A DNA stretch of 64,000 nucleotides from Amphiscolops sp. MND2022 (Eukaryota): positions 62,496,001-62,560,000 of the forward strand of contig OZ076410.1 of assembly GCA_964187785.1 (NCBI GenBank). Reading direction: 5' to 3'. This document shows, in pieces, positions 1-14,016 of the stretch; the stretch's first letter is position 1, and every line of letters begins with the position of its first letter. The position numbers and the translations under genes were made by a program. Under the pieces are notes generated by a model. That model had not been told where the DNA came from. It saw only the letters and a list, made by a program, of their open reading frames with translations, and did no database searches.

Positions 1-1940
1 GATTAGCTTGCTGACAGAATGTCTGAACGTAAAACCATCAACTTTGGCAACGTCTTCATAAATTGAGTCGAGTGAGAAAAAATTTAGGAAGTGAATCGTG
101 TTGTGAGATTATGGCCTGTTATTGGATAAAAATTGAATTCAGTTGCGTTACAAGTGATTCAATAATCTCTGTGGAGTAATGAAGTGTATCGTAGTGTAGA
201 ATCGTTCTACCCAAAAAGTTTTCTTGCATCAACCTACTAGATACGTGGAACTAATAACGTGGAACTATGTAGTTGTATACTTTTGGTATACTGCCAATTA
301 TTTTGAACAATATTATTTTGCATAATTGGAACGAAAATTACGAATACAGCTGCGTTTCTCGCAAAATTTGGCCCTAGTTCATACCCAAATTGAAGAGTTT
401 CACCCATAGAATTCAATTGACATAAACTTAGTTTCGTGTGATATATATTTGCGGAATCGTGTGGTAGAGTTCTTCGGATTATTTTTGGTTGAGTCCAAAG
501 TCATCCAAAAATCACCCAGAATGTCCTAAAATGTGGTAAAATTTCCGTTTTTATGCATTTTTTTACAGTTATCAAATCATTTTCGTGGGTTAGAAAATGC
601 AAAGGGATTCAAGACGAAAAAGAACAAAAGCTATACACGAGGCCTTTTTGGAAGCGAAATCCCCCAATTTTGGTTAAAAAAATGTTCCAATATGATCCCA
701 AAATACGTACAAGAGAACAAAAATTATTATTATTTGCTTTTTTTGCAATTTTTGGAGAGTTTTCACTTTTGTGGATTGGAACACCCAAAAAAATCCAAGC
801 TGAGAAAACCACCAATCTAAAATGCTTTTGCAAAAAGAAAAATTGAACAAAAAATGCTGAAAATTGTCTCAAAATGACCACGAAATACCTAAGTATTAGA
901 AGACAAACTTCAAAAGTTTGGCCAGTTTTGCATTTGTTGTCCGGTTTTGAATCTTTTCGCTCATCAAAGTATTTTTAAAGTCTCAAGATGAAACAAAACA
1001 TGCTATCCAAGATACTTTTTCGAAAAGAAAACAAAATTTTGATGTCGAACGAGTGCCTCAAATAAATAAAAACAATTTTATTTTACAAAGCAATTTTTCG
1101 AATGTTTTCAGGCGTATTTCAATGTTCATCTTTCAAAAACAAAACAATCAATCATTTAGGAGACGTTTGGACAAGGGAATCAGCAGTTAATGATTGATAA
1201 AACTTTTCAGGCACAAAAAGCCCGAAATGTATCGTTTTTTTTTCCTCATTTTTGACATTTCCTAGTTGAGTCTGCTTGAACTTTTTACATGCTGCAGCCT
1301 GCACGCAGGGTAATTTTTCATAAAACCTAGAAAAGTCAGTAAGCATCCGGTGGTAAAACTTGTAGAATTACACTGCATTCTCCAATACTGCACTTAAATT
1401 TGAAATAATTTTCCCCTTTTTACGGACATGATCACGTTGTATTCACACATTAATTTCTCAAATACTCATCTGATTTAATCACCGCTTTGAAACAGGACGC
1501 TGAAGATGACGCTAGTTTGTTGTTTACATTGTGAATGAGGTTAATTTACATCAAAATGGCGGCAAAGTTGTTGACATCTCAGCTACATTCAAAATTAGAA
1601 CTGATGAATAATGTCACTTACAGAATTTCACGTCTTTAAATTGCTTTTAAAAATTTGATGATCCTTTAAAGCAGCTTGATAAAAGTTGATGGCAACAGGA
1701 AAAACGTAACGCGTCAAAATTTACGCAAGAGATTTGGAAAACCATTGAAAAAGTTGCTGCTGGTAACTTTAAAGAACATATAAAAAGTTCAACAAGGGTT
1801 GGGTTCAATTTTCGTCCAACTTCAGACTTTTTGGTTAGTACTCCTACACATAGTGTTCAAAACTAAATGAGTGTCGATGTAGCATAATTTAAAACTCCTA
1901 CAGGAACAGAATTTAATAAGCACAGCGGTCACAAAAATGC

Positions 1941-3746
1941 AAACAAAAAAAACATAGGCGCGACGGCATGTCGCGCTTGGGCACGAGCAGAAACGTTCAA
2001 TGATCTGAAGAAGGTGTTACCAATTCTTTGTGTTCCAGGGCCCACAACCTTGTGAACTTATCCAGTCTCAGATGAGGATATTTTGATGAAAGAACTGAAA
2101 GACTGAAGGAAATTTTCTTTTGAGAAAAATGAAAAAATGTATTTTTGGCAGAAACCCGAAGGCCTCATACTTCATGACGGAAACCTTGATAGTACAAAAA
2201 GTAGCCTACATACTTGCCTCATTTTCTGAGGGAGATTGGTTTTCGTATCTATTTTCAGTGCTGAGAAAAATCAGCTACAAATTGGGAAATCAGATACTTG
2301 ATGACGGTAACTTTGTTGGTCCAAAAAGTAGCCTACATCAATGCTTTGCTTCTCGAAAGAGAACAGTTTCTGTATCTTTTATCAGTTTTGAGAAATATGA
2401 GCTACGAATGAAAAAAAATTTTCGAAAAATTTTTTGTCCTCTTTTTTGCTCAAAAACACCGAGTATGAAAAAAAATTTGAGGTCATTTTTTGTCCAAAAT
2501 GTAGCCCATAAAACGCTTGTACAATTTACGAGACCATGGACATTATATTCGGTCGCAGTTCTGAGATCAAAATGAAAAATTGTCAAAAATAGCGTTTTTT
2601 CAAAACTTCTTTTAAAAAAACCCATGAATTTTTGTCGAAAACTTTTTTCGGCGAAAATGTAGCCTAGAATCCTGCGCAACTTTTAGCGAAAACATGGTGT
2701 CCGTATCTGTTCTGGATTTTGAGAAATTTGCCTCACAAGTTTGAAAAATTGGCACATGTCACGAAATCTGCGAAAAAAACAAAGGGGCGACGGCATGTCG
2801 CGCTTGGGCTCGAGCAGAAACGTTCAATGGCCTGCAGAAGTTGTTGCAAAATCTTTGTGTTCCAGGGCCCACAACCTTGTGAACTTATCCAGTCTGAGAT
2901 GAGGATATTTTGATGAAAACGCTAAAAAGATGAAGGAAATTTTTTATTAAGAAAAATGAAAAAATGTTTTTTTTTGGCAGAAACCCGAAGGTGTCATACC
3001 TCATGACGGAAACTTTGATAGTACAAAAAGTAGCCTACATACTTGCCTCACTTTGTGAGGGAGAATGGTTTTCGTATCTACTTTCAGTTCCTGGAAAAGT
3101 CAGCAACAAATTGGAAAAAAAATGGAAAAATTTCAGAAAAACATTTTCATTACTTTATTTGCTAAAAAAACCCAGAGCGAAAAAAAATTCGACATCACTT
3201 TTAGCCTAAAACGTAGCCTACATAAGCCTCGTAAAATTAACGGAACCATGAACCCCATATTTGGTCTCGGTGATGAGATATACGAGCTCAAGTAAAAAGG
3301 AACCTAGAAATTTTTTTGAAAAAAAGTGAAGTTTTTTTGGCAGAAAAACGAAGGCGTCATACTTGATGAGGGTAACTTTGTTGGTCCAAAAAGTAGCCTA
3401 GATATTTGCTGTTCTTCTCGAAAGAGAACGGTTTCTGTATCTTTTATCAGTTTTGAGAAATATGATGTACGAATGAGAAAAATTTTTTCGAAAATTTTTT
3501 TGTCCTCTTTCTTCCCAAAAAACACTGAGTATGAAAAAAAATTGAGGTCATTTTTCGTCCAAAATGTAGCCTATGAAACGCTTGTACATTTTACGAAAAC
3601 ATGGACCCTGTAATCGGTCTCAGTTCTGAGATATAGGGGATCAAAGATGAAAATTAGGCAAAAATAGCGTTTTTTCAAAAACTCTTTTGAAAAAAACCCA
3701 TGAAGCCTTTTTTTCCGGAAACTTTTTTCGGCGAAAATGTAGCCTA
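1941..3746. repeat. Two diverged tandem copies (about 830-bp offset) of an AT-rich non-autonomous element, each headed by a GC hairpin
   Basis: The block gcgacggcatgtcgcgcttgggc..gagcagaaacgttcaatg...ccagggcccacaaccttgtgaacttatccagtct recurs at ~1960 and ~2787. The hairpin GCGCGAC-ggcat-GTCGCGC lies at 1958-1976. 2320-2666 matches 3355-3746. Confidence 0.85.
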
Positions 3747-4577
3747 TAAAAATTCATAGGCTCATAGAAAATTGTATGTTCTAAGTGCCACTTGGCATAG
3801 ATGTTTAAGATCAGTGAAGCAGTGAGGGCGTTGAAAGTTTTTCACTTAGTCAAATGCTACTCCTTGCATTTTTTTGAAGCTTTTCGGTCTAAAAAACACT
3901 AGGTTAGCTCAAAACTGCCTTTTCGGCACTATTAGATTCGTTTTACCAATAACAAAATAATTATTACTAATCCCTCAAATCGACGATTTGAAATGATGCT
4001 AGGAGAGGACAAGGTTCGACAAGGTATTTATAATTACTACTAATTCTCAACTTTAATTTGGTACCATAGGAATGATAATTGAATGGATGTCCAAAGAATT
4101 TATTTTGGGCGCAACAATTGTGAACGTAAACAGCATTTTAGCATTAGCATCAACTTTCAATGAGCATGGATAGGTTTACATTCCTATTAGCAACGAGCAA
4201 TCAACAACATTTAACTATCAATGTAATACAATAGTCATTAGTTCAAACAATTTTAGCAGTGTGGTAAGTTTGGTGACGTCAATACGACGTCAATTAGGAC
4301 GAACAGTTGTACAAATTGGATGAATAGCTGAGTATAGTAGTACAAACGTACAAAAACATCTTCGACATATGAAAATACAATCACTGAGAAGTTTTAAGGG
4401 ATTAAACTGTGACTTTCATGTAATAATCTTTAAAGTATCCTAGTCTTGTAACATTCAAACGTTTTCTCTACCATATAAATTAAATGTTATGCTGACGACC
4501 ATCCCATTGTTTCTCTATAGATTTTATACTTAATCATAAATTCTAGCCGAGATTTATCATACATTCTAGCCGAGATT

Positions 4578-5087
4578 TGTTAAGGAATCATCGTCAAAAT
4601 GATGTTCTTTTGAGCTTAATATCAACCGGGACGCCAAAATTTTTAGTGGATTGAGCGTGGACGTAAATTTGATGCTAGACCTAGCTGACCATTAGATTGG
4701 ACGTAGTGCGGACGGAAAAATTGGTGCTAAGTTCGATTTGTTCGCTAGACAGTGACGTCATTAGGACGTGACTAGGAGCTTGCTAGTTAGCTGCTACGAT
4801 ACTGTGACGTCATAGCCAAATAGTAATATTAGCCAGCGCAACTATAATAGTTTACTTAACGACGTAACTTCGTCCGACTTCGCATTAATTGCCTTTCAAA
4901 GCGCTAATAAGTTGCTTTTCCTCATTCCTTTAAACTTTAAATGTCATTTTCATTTTACATTTGACTATTTCATTCTGTTCATTTTAGATTTTGGTTTTCA
5001 TTTTAGAGTATTTGGAGTTAGGTCGCTGTTTTTCTTAAGTCATTGTTTATTTGCTAGGATAGTTTGTATAGTTTGTGAGTTTTAACA
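4578..5087. mobile_element. Candidate solo LTR
   Basis: 510 bp bounded by TGTTAA...TTAACA, rich in TGACGTCA motifs, with a T-rich 3' half. No TSD found (agatt vs gtacc). Confidence 0.3.
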
Positions 5088-5339
5088 GTACCACCTTGTT
5101 GATCTCGATATGCATCCATGGCCCCTTCCAAAGTTATCCTGCAATTACATCCCAGACAGGCAGCGGGCTGTGACACTGACTTTTACAGTTGCAAGATGTT
5201 TTTCAGAGGTCAGATCTAACCTTGGATGGTTCACGTTTTGAATAAATTCTCAACCTTGGAGGTAAATGGCATTCAGAGGAGGTAAATGGCATTCAGAGGG
5301 GCCAAATTGGCATCGCTTAGTGTTTACAATTTTTAACTG

Positions 5340-5675
5340 AACAAGACGCCCGCTAAACAGCGCGATATTTTCCACCTTGTCAAAAAAATCAGGGGATCAA
5401 AACCTACTGATTGATAGTAACTGAATTACTCAAGTAACTAAACTGGTCACTGGTCAAATAACTGAAAAATGGAGCTGATAAACTAGTATTAAAACTACTT
5501 GACTATTCTAGTTAAAACTAGTAACTAAAACTACTTGACTTTTTTAGTTACTAGTAACTATCAAAATAGTCAAGTAGTTGATGGAGATCGTGGAGATTTG
5601 GCAAAATTTATAAAAAACGCAACACAGATCATGATTTTCCTCGCCCATTATGTGTGGGTGGAAAATAACAATTCA
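5340..5675 (+). mobile_element. Dispersed non-autonomous repeat, copy 1 (Helentron/DINE-1-like architecture)
   Basis: The 5' end aacaagacgcccgctaa..gatattttcc and the 3' block ttggcaaaattt..aacgcaacacagatcatgattttcc..ggaaaataacaattca are shared with 39566-39802 and 40220-40590. The middle is low-complexity. Confidence 0.6.
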
Positions 5676-7141
5676 TGAGTTCAAAGTTTTGGCCGCTTTG
5701 TTTTTTACGACTCTCTTGAAAAATGACATAAGAGTTCATCTTTCAGCTGACGCAGAGTTTTCAGCTTCAAACGTCTTCAACTTGGGATGTTTGCTGTTTG
5801 TTTTTCTTGCGTATTCTTAAGTTGAAATTTGAAGGACCGGACCCACTGTATTGGATGTTAACTCTGACTCACATTCATTGTGCCCAATACCTGTAAGAGA
5901 TTACCTGGAGGTAACGATATAATACGAATTGCAGTATAAGCCGTGTAGCTGTCAATAGATGAATTGTCATCTTCTAAGAGAACTGACATTAACCGCTAAT
6001 AATTACTGAAAAGCATTCTACTGGAATCGACATTTAGGCGACATGGCGAGCTGTGTTTGTCACTTCTCAATATGAATATGCCCTATTTGATAGGACTAAT
6101 TCAACAAAAAAGATAGCTTATTTCTTTTGTTTCTCTTTTCTTGACATTAAGAGTGAATGACTGTATAAAATCACGGGCAAAAAATCTGAGGATAATTTCG
6201 TTTTGTTCGTACTAAAGTCTAAGCAAGAAGCCACTGATTGGCATTATTTATTAGCAAAAAATTAAAAAAGATTGTTCTAGATTTTTTTCGACAATGCTAA
6301 TTATGGGTTAATTTTCGGTGTTGCGGTAGCACGTAATTAAACGACCATCCGAGTGATTCAGCCCACCATTTTTTATCCAGTACTGCAGTACCATGATTTC
6401 ATTTTCAATTGTTTTCATTGTCAAAATGTATACTGAAAGTTCCCTTCGAAGGTAACTGCGACAGAAAAGAAGCCATGGGCATGTCATAATTGAATGTTTG
6501 ATGGCATACTGTTGAAACTCAAATAGTTAAAGTTTTTGGGACTGATGAATGACATTCTCCACGAAGTTGCAAGTTTTTCCCACGAAGTTGCAAGTATGCT
6601 TATCCTCGACAGTGATTGTCCTCAAATAACGATGGCGATTTTTTTTCGAAATCAATAAAAAATTACGAAACACAGAAATTATATAAGAAAACGAAATATT
6701 GTTTTTCTTATCGACAATCTTTTGAACCATCTGGGTGAGTTGTTATTTGTGTCAATATAGTAATTATAATTCAATTTATCAGAGGGCGTAAATAACAGAC
6801 AATAAAAACAATTAAACAAAACGAATTTACAAAGAAGTCCCTGAAAAGGACCCCTAAAAGCACTAGGCTTTTCAAGAGGAATCCTTATTATTGGAACAAA
6901 AAGAAATTTTTTTGTGTGGTAGACAATTCACATCTAGTACTCAAATTTTATTCACTTGTAAGGAATTGATCAGTTCTTTCTAGCTGGAATATTCAATTTT
7001 TGAATGTTCACGAACGTTTCTACTAACGATATTAAACGTCTATTTTTCTCAATGTGGAGGCTATTTTTTGCGTCTAATGTAGATTGAGACCGAGTTTTTG
7101 TCAACAAGAATCGATAGTTTAGTGCTGCAATGGTTACGTAT

Positions 7142-8163
7142 CATTTCGTCCTATGCAATTTCAACCGCTTGTAATTTCTACCGCTTGCCATTTCAACCGC
7201 TTGTAATTTCAACGTATTCTATTTAGTTCAAGGTCGTTGCGTTCTTTGCGAACGTCCTGAAACTAAATGAACATAATCAAAGCGTGGTAAAATAAAAGCA
7301 CACAAACTGTCAAGACGCATAATATCGAAAGCCTACAAAATGTTCGTTGCACTAATATTTGCACTGAACGAAAAGGACAGAATGATGTAATCCTTTGACA
7401 CAATTTGAAAAAGCAATCAACAACATGCTATTCGCGATCAAAAACTTATCATCGATGACGTTCATTTGAAAGTGTGAAGTGAAGTTACTGAACATTTGTG
7501 AAAAAAAGTTTTTTATTAAACGCTATTGAAAATCCTCCTTTCTTGAAAACAATTCGGTTACAATTAACAACTTAGACACGTGCTACTCCTTCAAAAGGTT
7601 GGTCTGATTCCTCTGTCACGATCTTATGGTTTCACGGGCATGGTTCGAATGTGGCTACATCAAAGAACAGTTTTGGGGTGTAGCGCGCCAACCTTCGGTA
7701 CCCGGGGGAGGACGCAACCGGGTGCCAGTTAAGTGTAACTGATTAAAAAGTATTCCCATTGTAAGAATTGAATTGAGCAAAACGCGAATTTCAAATACAA
7801 ACTCACAAAATTGAGTTTGAGTTTTGAGATTCAAAATGATTGGACTTGCTGTGTGGATTGGTTACAATTCAGTTGACTTCGCTATTTATACTACTAAAAC
7901 GTTGCAAGTGATTATCACATTTCAAAGCAAGAAGCTTACTGTTAGTTGCTGGACTCTTTTTATAGCTTCACTGATTATCATAAAGGCTTTCATAGCCTTT
8001 CATCAGCACTGTTTGAGAGTAATTATGTGGAAGTGTGGAATGTTGAAACTGCCGTAGGTTGAAATTGCCGTAGGTTGAAATTGCAAAAGGTTGAAAATGT
8101 GAACGGATGAAACTGCAAACAGGTAAATTGGCAGCATCGATTGAAATTGCATAGGACGAAATG
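7142..8163. mobile_element. MITE/foldback element with 23-bp perfect terminal inverted repeats
   Basis: catttcgtcctatgcaatttcaa (7142-7164) is the exact reverse complement of ttgaaattgcataggacgaaatg (8141-8163). Subterminal aatttcaacc/ggttgaaatt repeats occur on both sides. Confidence 0.75.
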
Positions 8164-8799
8164 TCCTAACACCGGCTGCAATGGAGATGTGAAAGTTAGT
8201 TCAAAAACTCCTTCAGAAGTTTCATCGAACCCTTTCAAAGTCAGCAAAAAATTCCGAGCTATCGTCAAAAAAGTAGCTTGAAAGAAAGGAAAAATTACAA
8301 CAAACTTCATTCAAATTGTTTGCTTTTTCTCAACAACTGAACTACTGTTTGCAACGTTACTGTCCCACTCTAGCAACACAGTAGAACATCATTGAAAACG
8401 CATATGGAAGTTTTTTCAATGAAGCTTCAGCTATGAGTACGACCCGCAATTGGAAGGCCTGACGATAGTAACTTTGTTCACGCTATTTTTCCTTGTCACG
8501 CTATCTTTCCCGCAGTATCAATGATTGCGAAATTCAACAACTTCACTTTTTGTCAACAAAAACTGTTGATTCGAATATAATCACACTTAAAACATGTGAA
8601 AATGTTTTGTGCAAACAAAAAACTATGCTAACTGACATCAATTGATAGGGAAAGATATTGTTTTAATTAGAACAGACTAATAATTTTGAGAAATTGTGAA
8701 GGTGGTGGTTGGGACGGAAATGTCCCGGCAACTTGAATTGATAAATCGATTGCTTGTGGGGACTCACAGAAAGCATTATAATTGCTATTGATTGTGTAT

Positions 8800-9363
8800 A
8801 TTCGTATATGCTTTATTTGTGCAAATTAACATAAGATACAAGTTCTTCTTCCAGAAAGTAATTGGTTTGGGAGCTGCTTTTTCTGGTCTTCAGCAGTGGT
8901 CTCTTTAACTTGGGAGTTCCTAGAACTACTTCTGACTTTCCTGCTAAAATTAACTGCAAATTTACGTTCCTGTCTCTCACCCGAAAAGTTCTATTCCTTA
9001 TGGGACTACTGTCCGTTTACAAACCTAAGTGAGGCTTGGAGTTAAGGCAAAACTTTTCCTATTTATAGCCTCAATTATGGCCCTTTTTTTTGTAAACTAA
9101 CACTGTTCATCAACCAATTCATTTCCGGTGTTGTCCTCTGTTTTAATTCCCCAGATAACTCCTTCAATTCGCTACCTGAATATACTTCAGTGGTATTTTG
9201 GCCGTTTCCGACAAATGCTCGGATTTCATTCTCACTCTCATTCACTGTTTTCTATCTCCTAATGACCACTTCCTATCATAACGTCCATGTTTTCTAATTC
9301 TTATATCAAATCTGCTTCTTTTTAACTTCTAGCTTTACTTTTCTGTTTTCTAGTGACAAGCAT
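8800..9363 (-). pseudogene. Degenerate transposon ORF remnant (probable gag N-terminus)
   Basis: Translates MLVTRKQKSKARS*KEADLI*ELENMDVMIGSGH*, which aligns with the remnant at 58811. The gag assignment is inference. Confidence 0.45.
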
Positions 9364-9808
9364 CAAAAATAGCCGAATTGAAATATTTGAATTTTTATCG
9401 GAAAAGGACATTTTGTAACAGTGTCAACACTGAGCACTAATTCTGTTTGCTTCAGGGAGTTTAGACTTTATGTACCCTTCAGCATGACACTAACAACATT
9501 TCAATTTCAACAAAACAAAACATTAACGTTTTTTCAGTATCAAAATTCTTGAAACTCGACCAGACTTAACAAATTACATCAACGCGTCAGAGCAATTTCA
9601 AATCCTGCACATACGAAGCTTTCCACCCTAGCACGTGCCTACACGCGTGCCTTAGTGGTCATAAGAGAGAAACACCCTTACAAGTCTCGCGTAAACAAAA
9701 CAAAGTTAAAGCCGCCTCCTTGGGCTATCCGATTATTGAATATTTCCTCCTTTCATGCGAAATAAAAACAAACATTATAAGTAGCATTAATATTCACTTT
9801 ACGGGTAT

Positions 9809-10062
9809 TGTTTCGGGGTAGCTCTCAAGCTACAACGGAGGAACTCAAGAAAGAGTTTGGACTAAAGAAATTGATGGAATTCGAGAAAGAGTTTAAACTA
9901 CTGAAGCTTCGATCTTTTCTTAGAACAAGAGGAATTTATTTGATAACGTTTATTGACAGTTTCTTTGAAAGTAAAATCAAAGAAGAAGAGCCAAATTATG
10001 AAGATTGGTTGTTGTTAAGTGAGCATCAATCGGTAAATGATATAAATGCGAAATTAGCAACA
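9809..10062 (-). mobile_element. Bel/Pao-family LTR (3' LTR or independent solo LTR)
   Basis: TGTTTC...AGCAACA. Homologous to 14017-14382 (shared ctcaagctacaacggaggaactcaag and gagcatcaatcggtaaat) but clearly diverged. Confidence 0.75.
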
Positions 10063-10127
10063 GTACGATCAAATAATTAGAGGTCAATTGAAGTGAATGA
10101 TACAACAAAAAGAAAGAAATAAAAAAG

Positions 10128-10199
10128 ATGCGCCTTAATGGATTCGAACTCGTGCAGTGTGGTTCAAAGGCAGAGACTGAACCACTATGCTAAGTGGAC
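10128..10199 (-). pseudogene. tRNA-like sequence (tRNA pseudogene or SINE head)
   Basis: Minus strand reads gtccactTAGCATAGTGGTtcagtctctgcctttgaaccacactgcacGAGTTCGAATCCattaaggcgca. A- and B-box-like motifs have tRNA spacing, but the acceptor and anticodon stems do not pair. Confidence 0.55.
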
Positions 10200-10557
10200 T
10201 AATTACTTCACGAAATCATTTTGATGTACCAGCTTCAATGAATATATAGGTTAGCACTCGTGCTAATACAGTTTGTAATAATGTGAATAGCTGGCACCCA
10301 TGATACAACAAATAGCAACTGTCATTAGTTTGATATTGAGGAGGAAAAATAAATTTTTTCGATTCGAGGAACTCCAGTCTTTCTGATGAGGGATCATTGA
10401 GTTCACCACTGCACCATCATCATCCATAAGGGGGTTAAGTAAGCTTTGGGTCTTTGAGTTGGTGTGCGGCTGCAGTAAAAAATTAAAAGATTGGCTTGCT
10501 TCTTTTCTTCACACACTAAACTACCTCCCAAACCCCTAGAGGAGAGTCTGCCGTTGG

Positions 10558-13500
10558 TCAGGAAAAGATGATCCTTAACACGATGGTCCTTGAAACCAGA
10601 ACCTTTGCTGAGCCAACAACTGCGTTGCTATTAGTCCACGTGAGCACAGATGCTTGGGTTTCCTCTGAGGGTTCGTGAAAGAATTCATTTGCTGGCAACA
10701 TTGACTGATTTGGAGAGACACGGTTAGAGACAAATATGTGCCATCGAGCGGAATCTGCCTTGGTCCATGAAAGGGCAAACGTTGAGTCTGAGTACAACAC
10801 TGAGATGTTCAGAGCATGCTTCGATTTTGATAGTGCCCCCTTGACTGCTGTTGCAAGTTTGGCACCAGTGTGAATTGCCAGAAGTGCGAGACGAGGAAGA
10901 GTTGAGGGTTTGATCGGAGCCACCTTGCATTTGGAGGAAATGACGATTGAGGAGACGATGTCAATTTTGACTGACACCAGATAGACACTAGCACCATATG
11001 CTTTTTCAGAAGCATCACAGAAGACTTGCAGGGTTGCTTGATCGTACAAGTGGGTTGGTAGCACCTCCGGGGTATATTGAGTTGTGACTGCGAGCACGTG
11101 TCATCTTTCCAGTTTAAGTATGCCCGTGACACATCATCTAGAACTGCACTATTCCATTCGAGATCCAGCTTTCAGCACGACTGATTGATGACCTTGGCTA
11201 CTACGAGAACTGGGGCTATGAGGCCAATTGGATCAAAATTTTTTGAAACATCACTGAGTAATTTTCGTTTCGTAATGGTTGAAACATACTCACTACAACA
11301 TGCATACACGGAGTGATCCTCTAGAGGATGCCTCGTCAGTCCCAGTGTTTTGGTTTGATGGGTTTATCGTTCTTAGGGGGTCTTTCGGAAGACGAGTGTC
11401 CAGTTGGTGTTCGTTGCTGCTCCACTTGTGTGGTGGGAGACAGTTCTTGTTGAGGGTTTCAATCAGATTTTTTGAAGCATGCATGCTTCCTCCAGTGTAT
11501 GAGCCCCACTCAGTAAATCATCAACCCAGAAGTCGTTGAGAATCACTTTCATTGTGGTCGGATTGGGTCCATGATTTTCGCCAATTTCTTGAGGTGCTGG
11601 GGTTGAACGGTAGGAAGAGCTGGCAAAACCATACGTCACATGAGTCATGCGCAATTCTCGGATCTCATCTGTCACGTAGTCACGCCACAGAATTCGATAG
11701 AAGTCCCGATCTGATTCGTCTAAAGCCACTTGCCGGTACATCTTTGCCACATCTGCCGGTAATGCAATTTAATGACGCGAAGAACTCGAATGAGAATATC
11801 AAACACATCGTCCTCCAAGAGGGATCCAAGTAATAGGCAATGATTCAGCGAGTTGCTATTCGGGGTTTTGCTGCTAGCATCGAACACGACATGGAGTTTT
11901 GTCGTTGTGCTATCCTTGAACTTAGTGATGGGGGAAGTAGTAACACAAACCAGACGTCTGAGGTGCTTGTTCAAGATGACCCAGGTTCACAAATTCCTTG
12001 ATGAAGTCACGATACTGCTGCTTCACATCATCGTGATCCTTGAGCTTTCGTTCAAAGGCGAACAATCACTGCTTGGCTGTTTGAAAGTTTTTCGAGGGAC
12101 GTGGCTCAGATTTGAAAGGAAGACGAACAGTGATGGGCCATCATCAGCAACATACGTCGTTGTATCGTAATGCTCCAGACATTGACGATTTTCTTGGACA
12201 TCGGCTTTACTCGAGGAATCTCTCAGCTTCCCAGAAGCGAGCAAGGTCCAGTTCCATTGCAACTTGAAAGGATAGACATTGGTAGGCACACACTTGGGAC
12301 AACATTCCAGTGACCACCCAGCCGAAGATAGACTTGCGATAGTGAAGCCCATGAGCCTTCCTCCTTTCATCCAGAAATAGTGCCTCGTACACATCCGCAC
12401 CCAGCAAGAGTAGAACGGGCCAGGTTGATGAAAGTGTCCGTCTGCTAGTGCTACACTTTTCATTGACCTTAATTGTTTCCAATTAATGGATTCAGAGGGT
12501 ATATTACCTGCAATTGAGTTCAACACCTGTTACTGGCAATTTTTGAGGACCAATTACATGATTGACTGACTCCTTTGCTGCTTGTTGCCGTCCACCAATC
12601 CCTGAGATCTTCAAATCGACTGTTGAACGGGCGATGTAAAGTTTTGATTCTTCATCCGCTGTGATGAAGGATGTTTGAGACCCAGAGTCCAGCAAGGTCA
12701 AACATCAATGTCATTCCTGCTGCATCATCTATGCCAACGATTGCTGTTGACTGAATCACAAAGGGACCACTGAATTTTGCACCACTCGTCACACCATTTT
12801 GCTGCTCGACTGGACGATCAAAGTGCAGTGATGTGTGATGCCCCCGTTGCAAGTGCGGCAGCAGAGCTTCGATGGACTGTCAGCACGGAATGTCGCCCCA
12901 GACAGTTCATGCACAGTTTGAGCTTCCTCACCACTGCCGTCTTCTCACGCGTGCCCAACTGCTTGTAGCGATCACACTGGGAGATCGAATGTTACCCACT
13001 GCGTTCCTTAATCTGACAACTCGCTGAGTGCTTAACAGTTGGGGAGTAGGCTTCTTGATGCACCTTCCTGGGCGTCGTCTTGGGGGTAGAAACCCCGGGT
13101 TGGTCATCACTGGATTCCAATGCGCGGCTTCGTCTATTCATGAATGTAGTAAACTCCTTGAAAGTTAACACATCTGTGCCGGGATGAGCCAATGCAAACC
13201 GCTTCATTGATTCAGCATCTAGTTTCTCCAGCAGCCAGTACAAAATTATTGCATCCCATTGGTTGACAGGAAGCCTCAAAGCTTCTAGTGTTTGCACATG
13301 TTCGTTCGTCGATTCCAACAGCTTGCGCAGCTTGACACTTGACTCTCTCTTTATGGCTGGCAGGGCATGAATTGCAGCTAAGTGCGCCTTCACAATTGAA
13401 AGATTGTAGTTGTAGCGCTCCCCTAACTTTCGCTCCGCAATGTCGTAGTTTGCATCGATGACCAACTGAGCTGCATCACTTTTCAGTGAACTTTAGGTAT

Positions 13501-14015
13501 GATAGCTTCTCAACGTTGGCCATGTCAACTTTGCTGTCAACCAGTGTTTTGAATAGCTCCCAGAAGGAATTCCACTGCGTGTATTGATCACTGAATGAGG
13601 GAAGGGTTAGTTTGGGAAGATCTGTGGTCAAACTTCCAATTGATGGAGCCGCTGCGCCGCTCGTGCTTGGAGGCTGCATCTCCTTGATCTTGGCCTAACA
13701 CCATTTCACTGCCTTTTCGGCTGCTAGACAACGTCAGCAGCTTCCTCCACATCAGCGACTAACTCATCCTCGTCTTCATTGAGTTGTTGAATCTGAGAAT
13801 CCTACTCTGTCAGCATCTTGCGACGATCAATCAGGAACTCCAATGTTGCTTGGACATCCTCGAGCGCTCCACCAGCTTGCCGGATTGCTGTTGCCCGTCT
13901 TTTGAAGACGCTGCGATGAGCCCCTCTTGATCGCTTGAGCTGAGGCAGCTTCAACACACCACCAGATTCATCTGAACCTGAATCATCTGCTGTTGTTATC
14001 ACGTGGAGGTCACCA
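10558..14015 (-). mobile_element. Bel/Pao LTR retrotransposon internal region, frameshifted gag-PR-RT-RNaseH, integrase absent
   Basis: gag LPKLTLPSFSDQYTQWNSFWELF and LRKLLESTNEHVQTLEAL; protease LLDSGSQTSFIT; RT AKMYRQV...FYRILWR...WVDDLLSG; Pao RNase H LQVFCDASEKAYGASVYL...SKCKVAPIKPSTLPRL. Confidence 0.92.
13998..14015 (-). promoter_or_regulatory. Primer-binding site, tRNA-Trp type
   Basis: TGGTGACCTCCACGTGAT starts 1 nt inside the LTR end. It matches 16/18 of the tRNA-Trp PBS TGGTGACCCCGACGTGAT known from avian retroviruses. Confidence 0.75.
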
Positions 14016-14016
14016 A

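Noticed and set aside
533-3613. K/F-rich ORFs in the first 3.6 kb
   Set aside because: They arise from A/T homopolymer-rich repeats, overlap on both strands and have no recognisable motifs.
10128-10199. Functional tRNA-Gln(TTG)
   Set aside because: TTG is in the anticodon position, but the anticodon stem (tctgc/ccaca) and acceptor stem do not pair.
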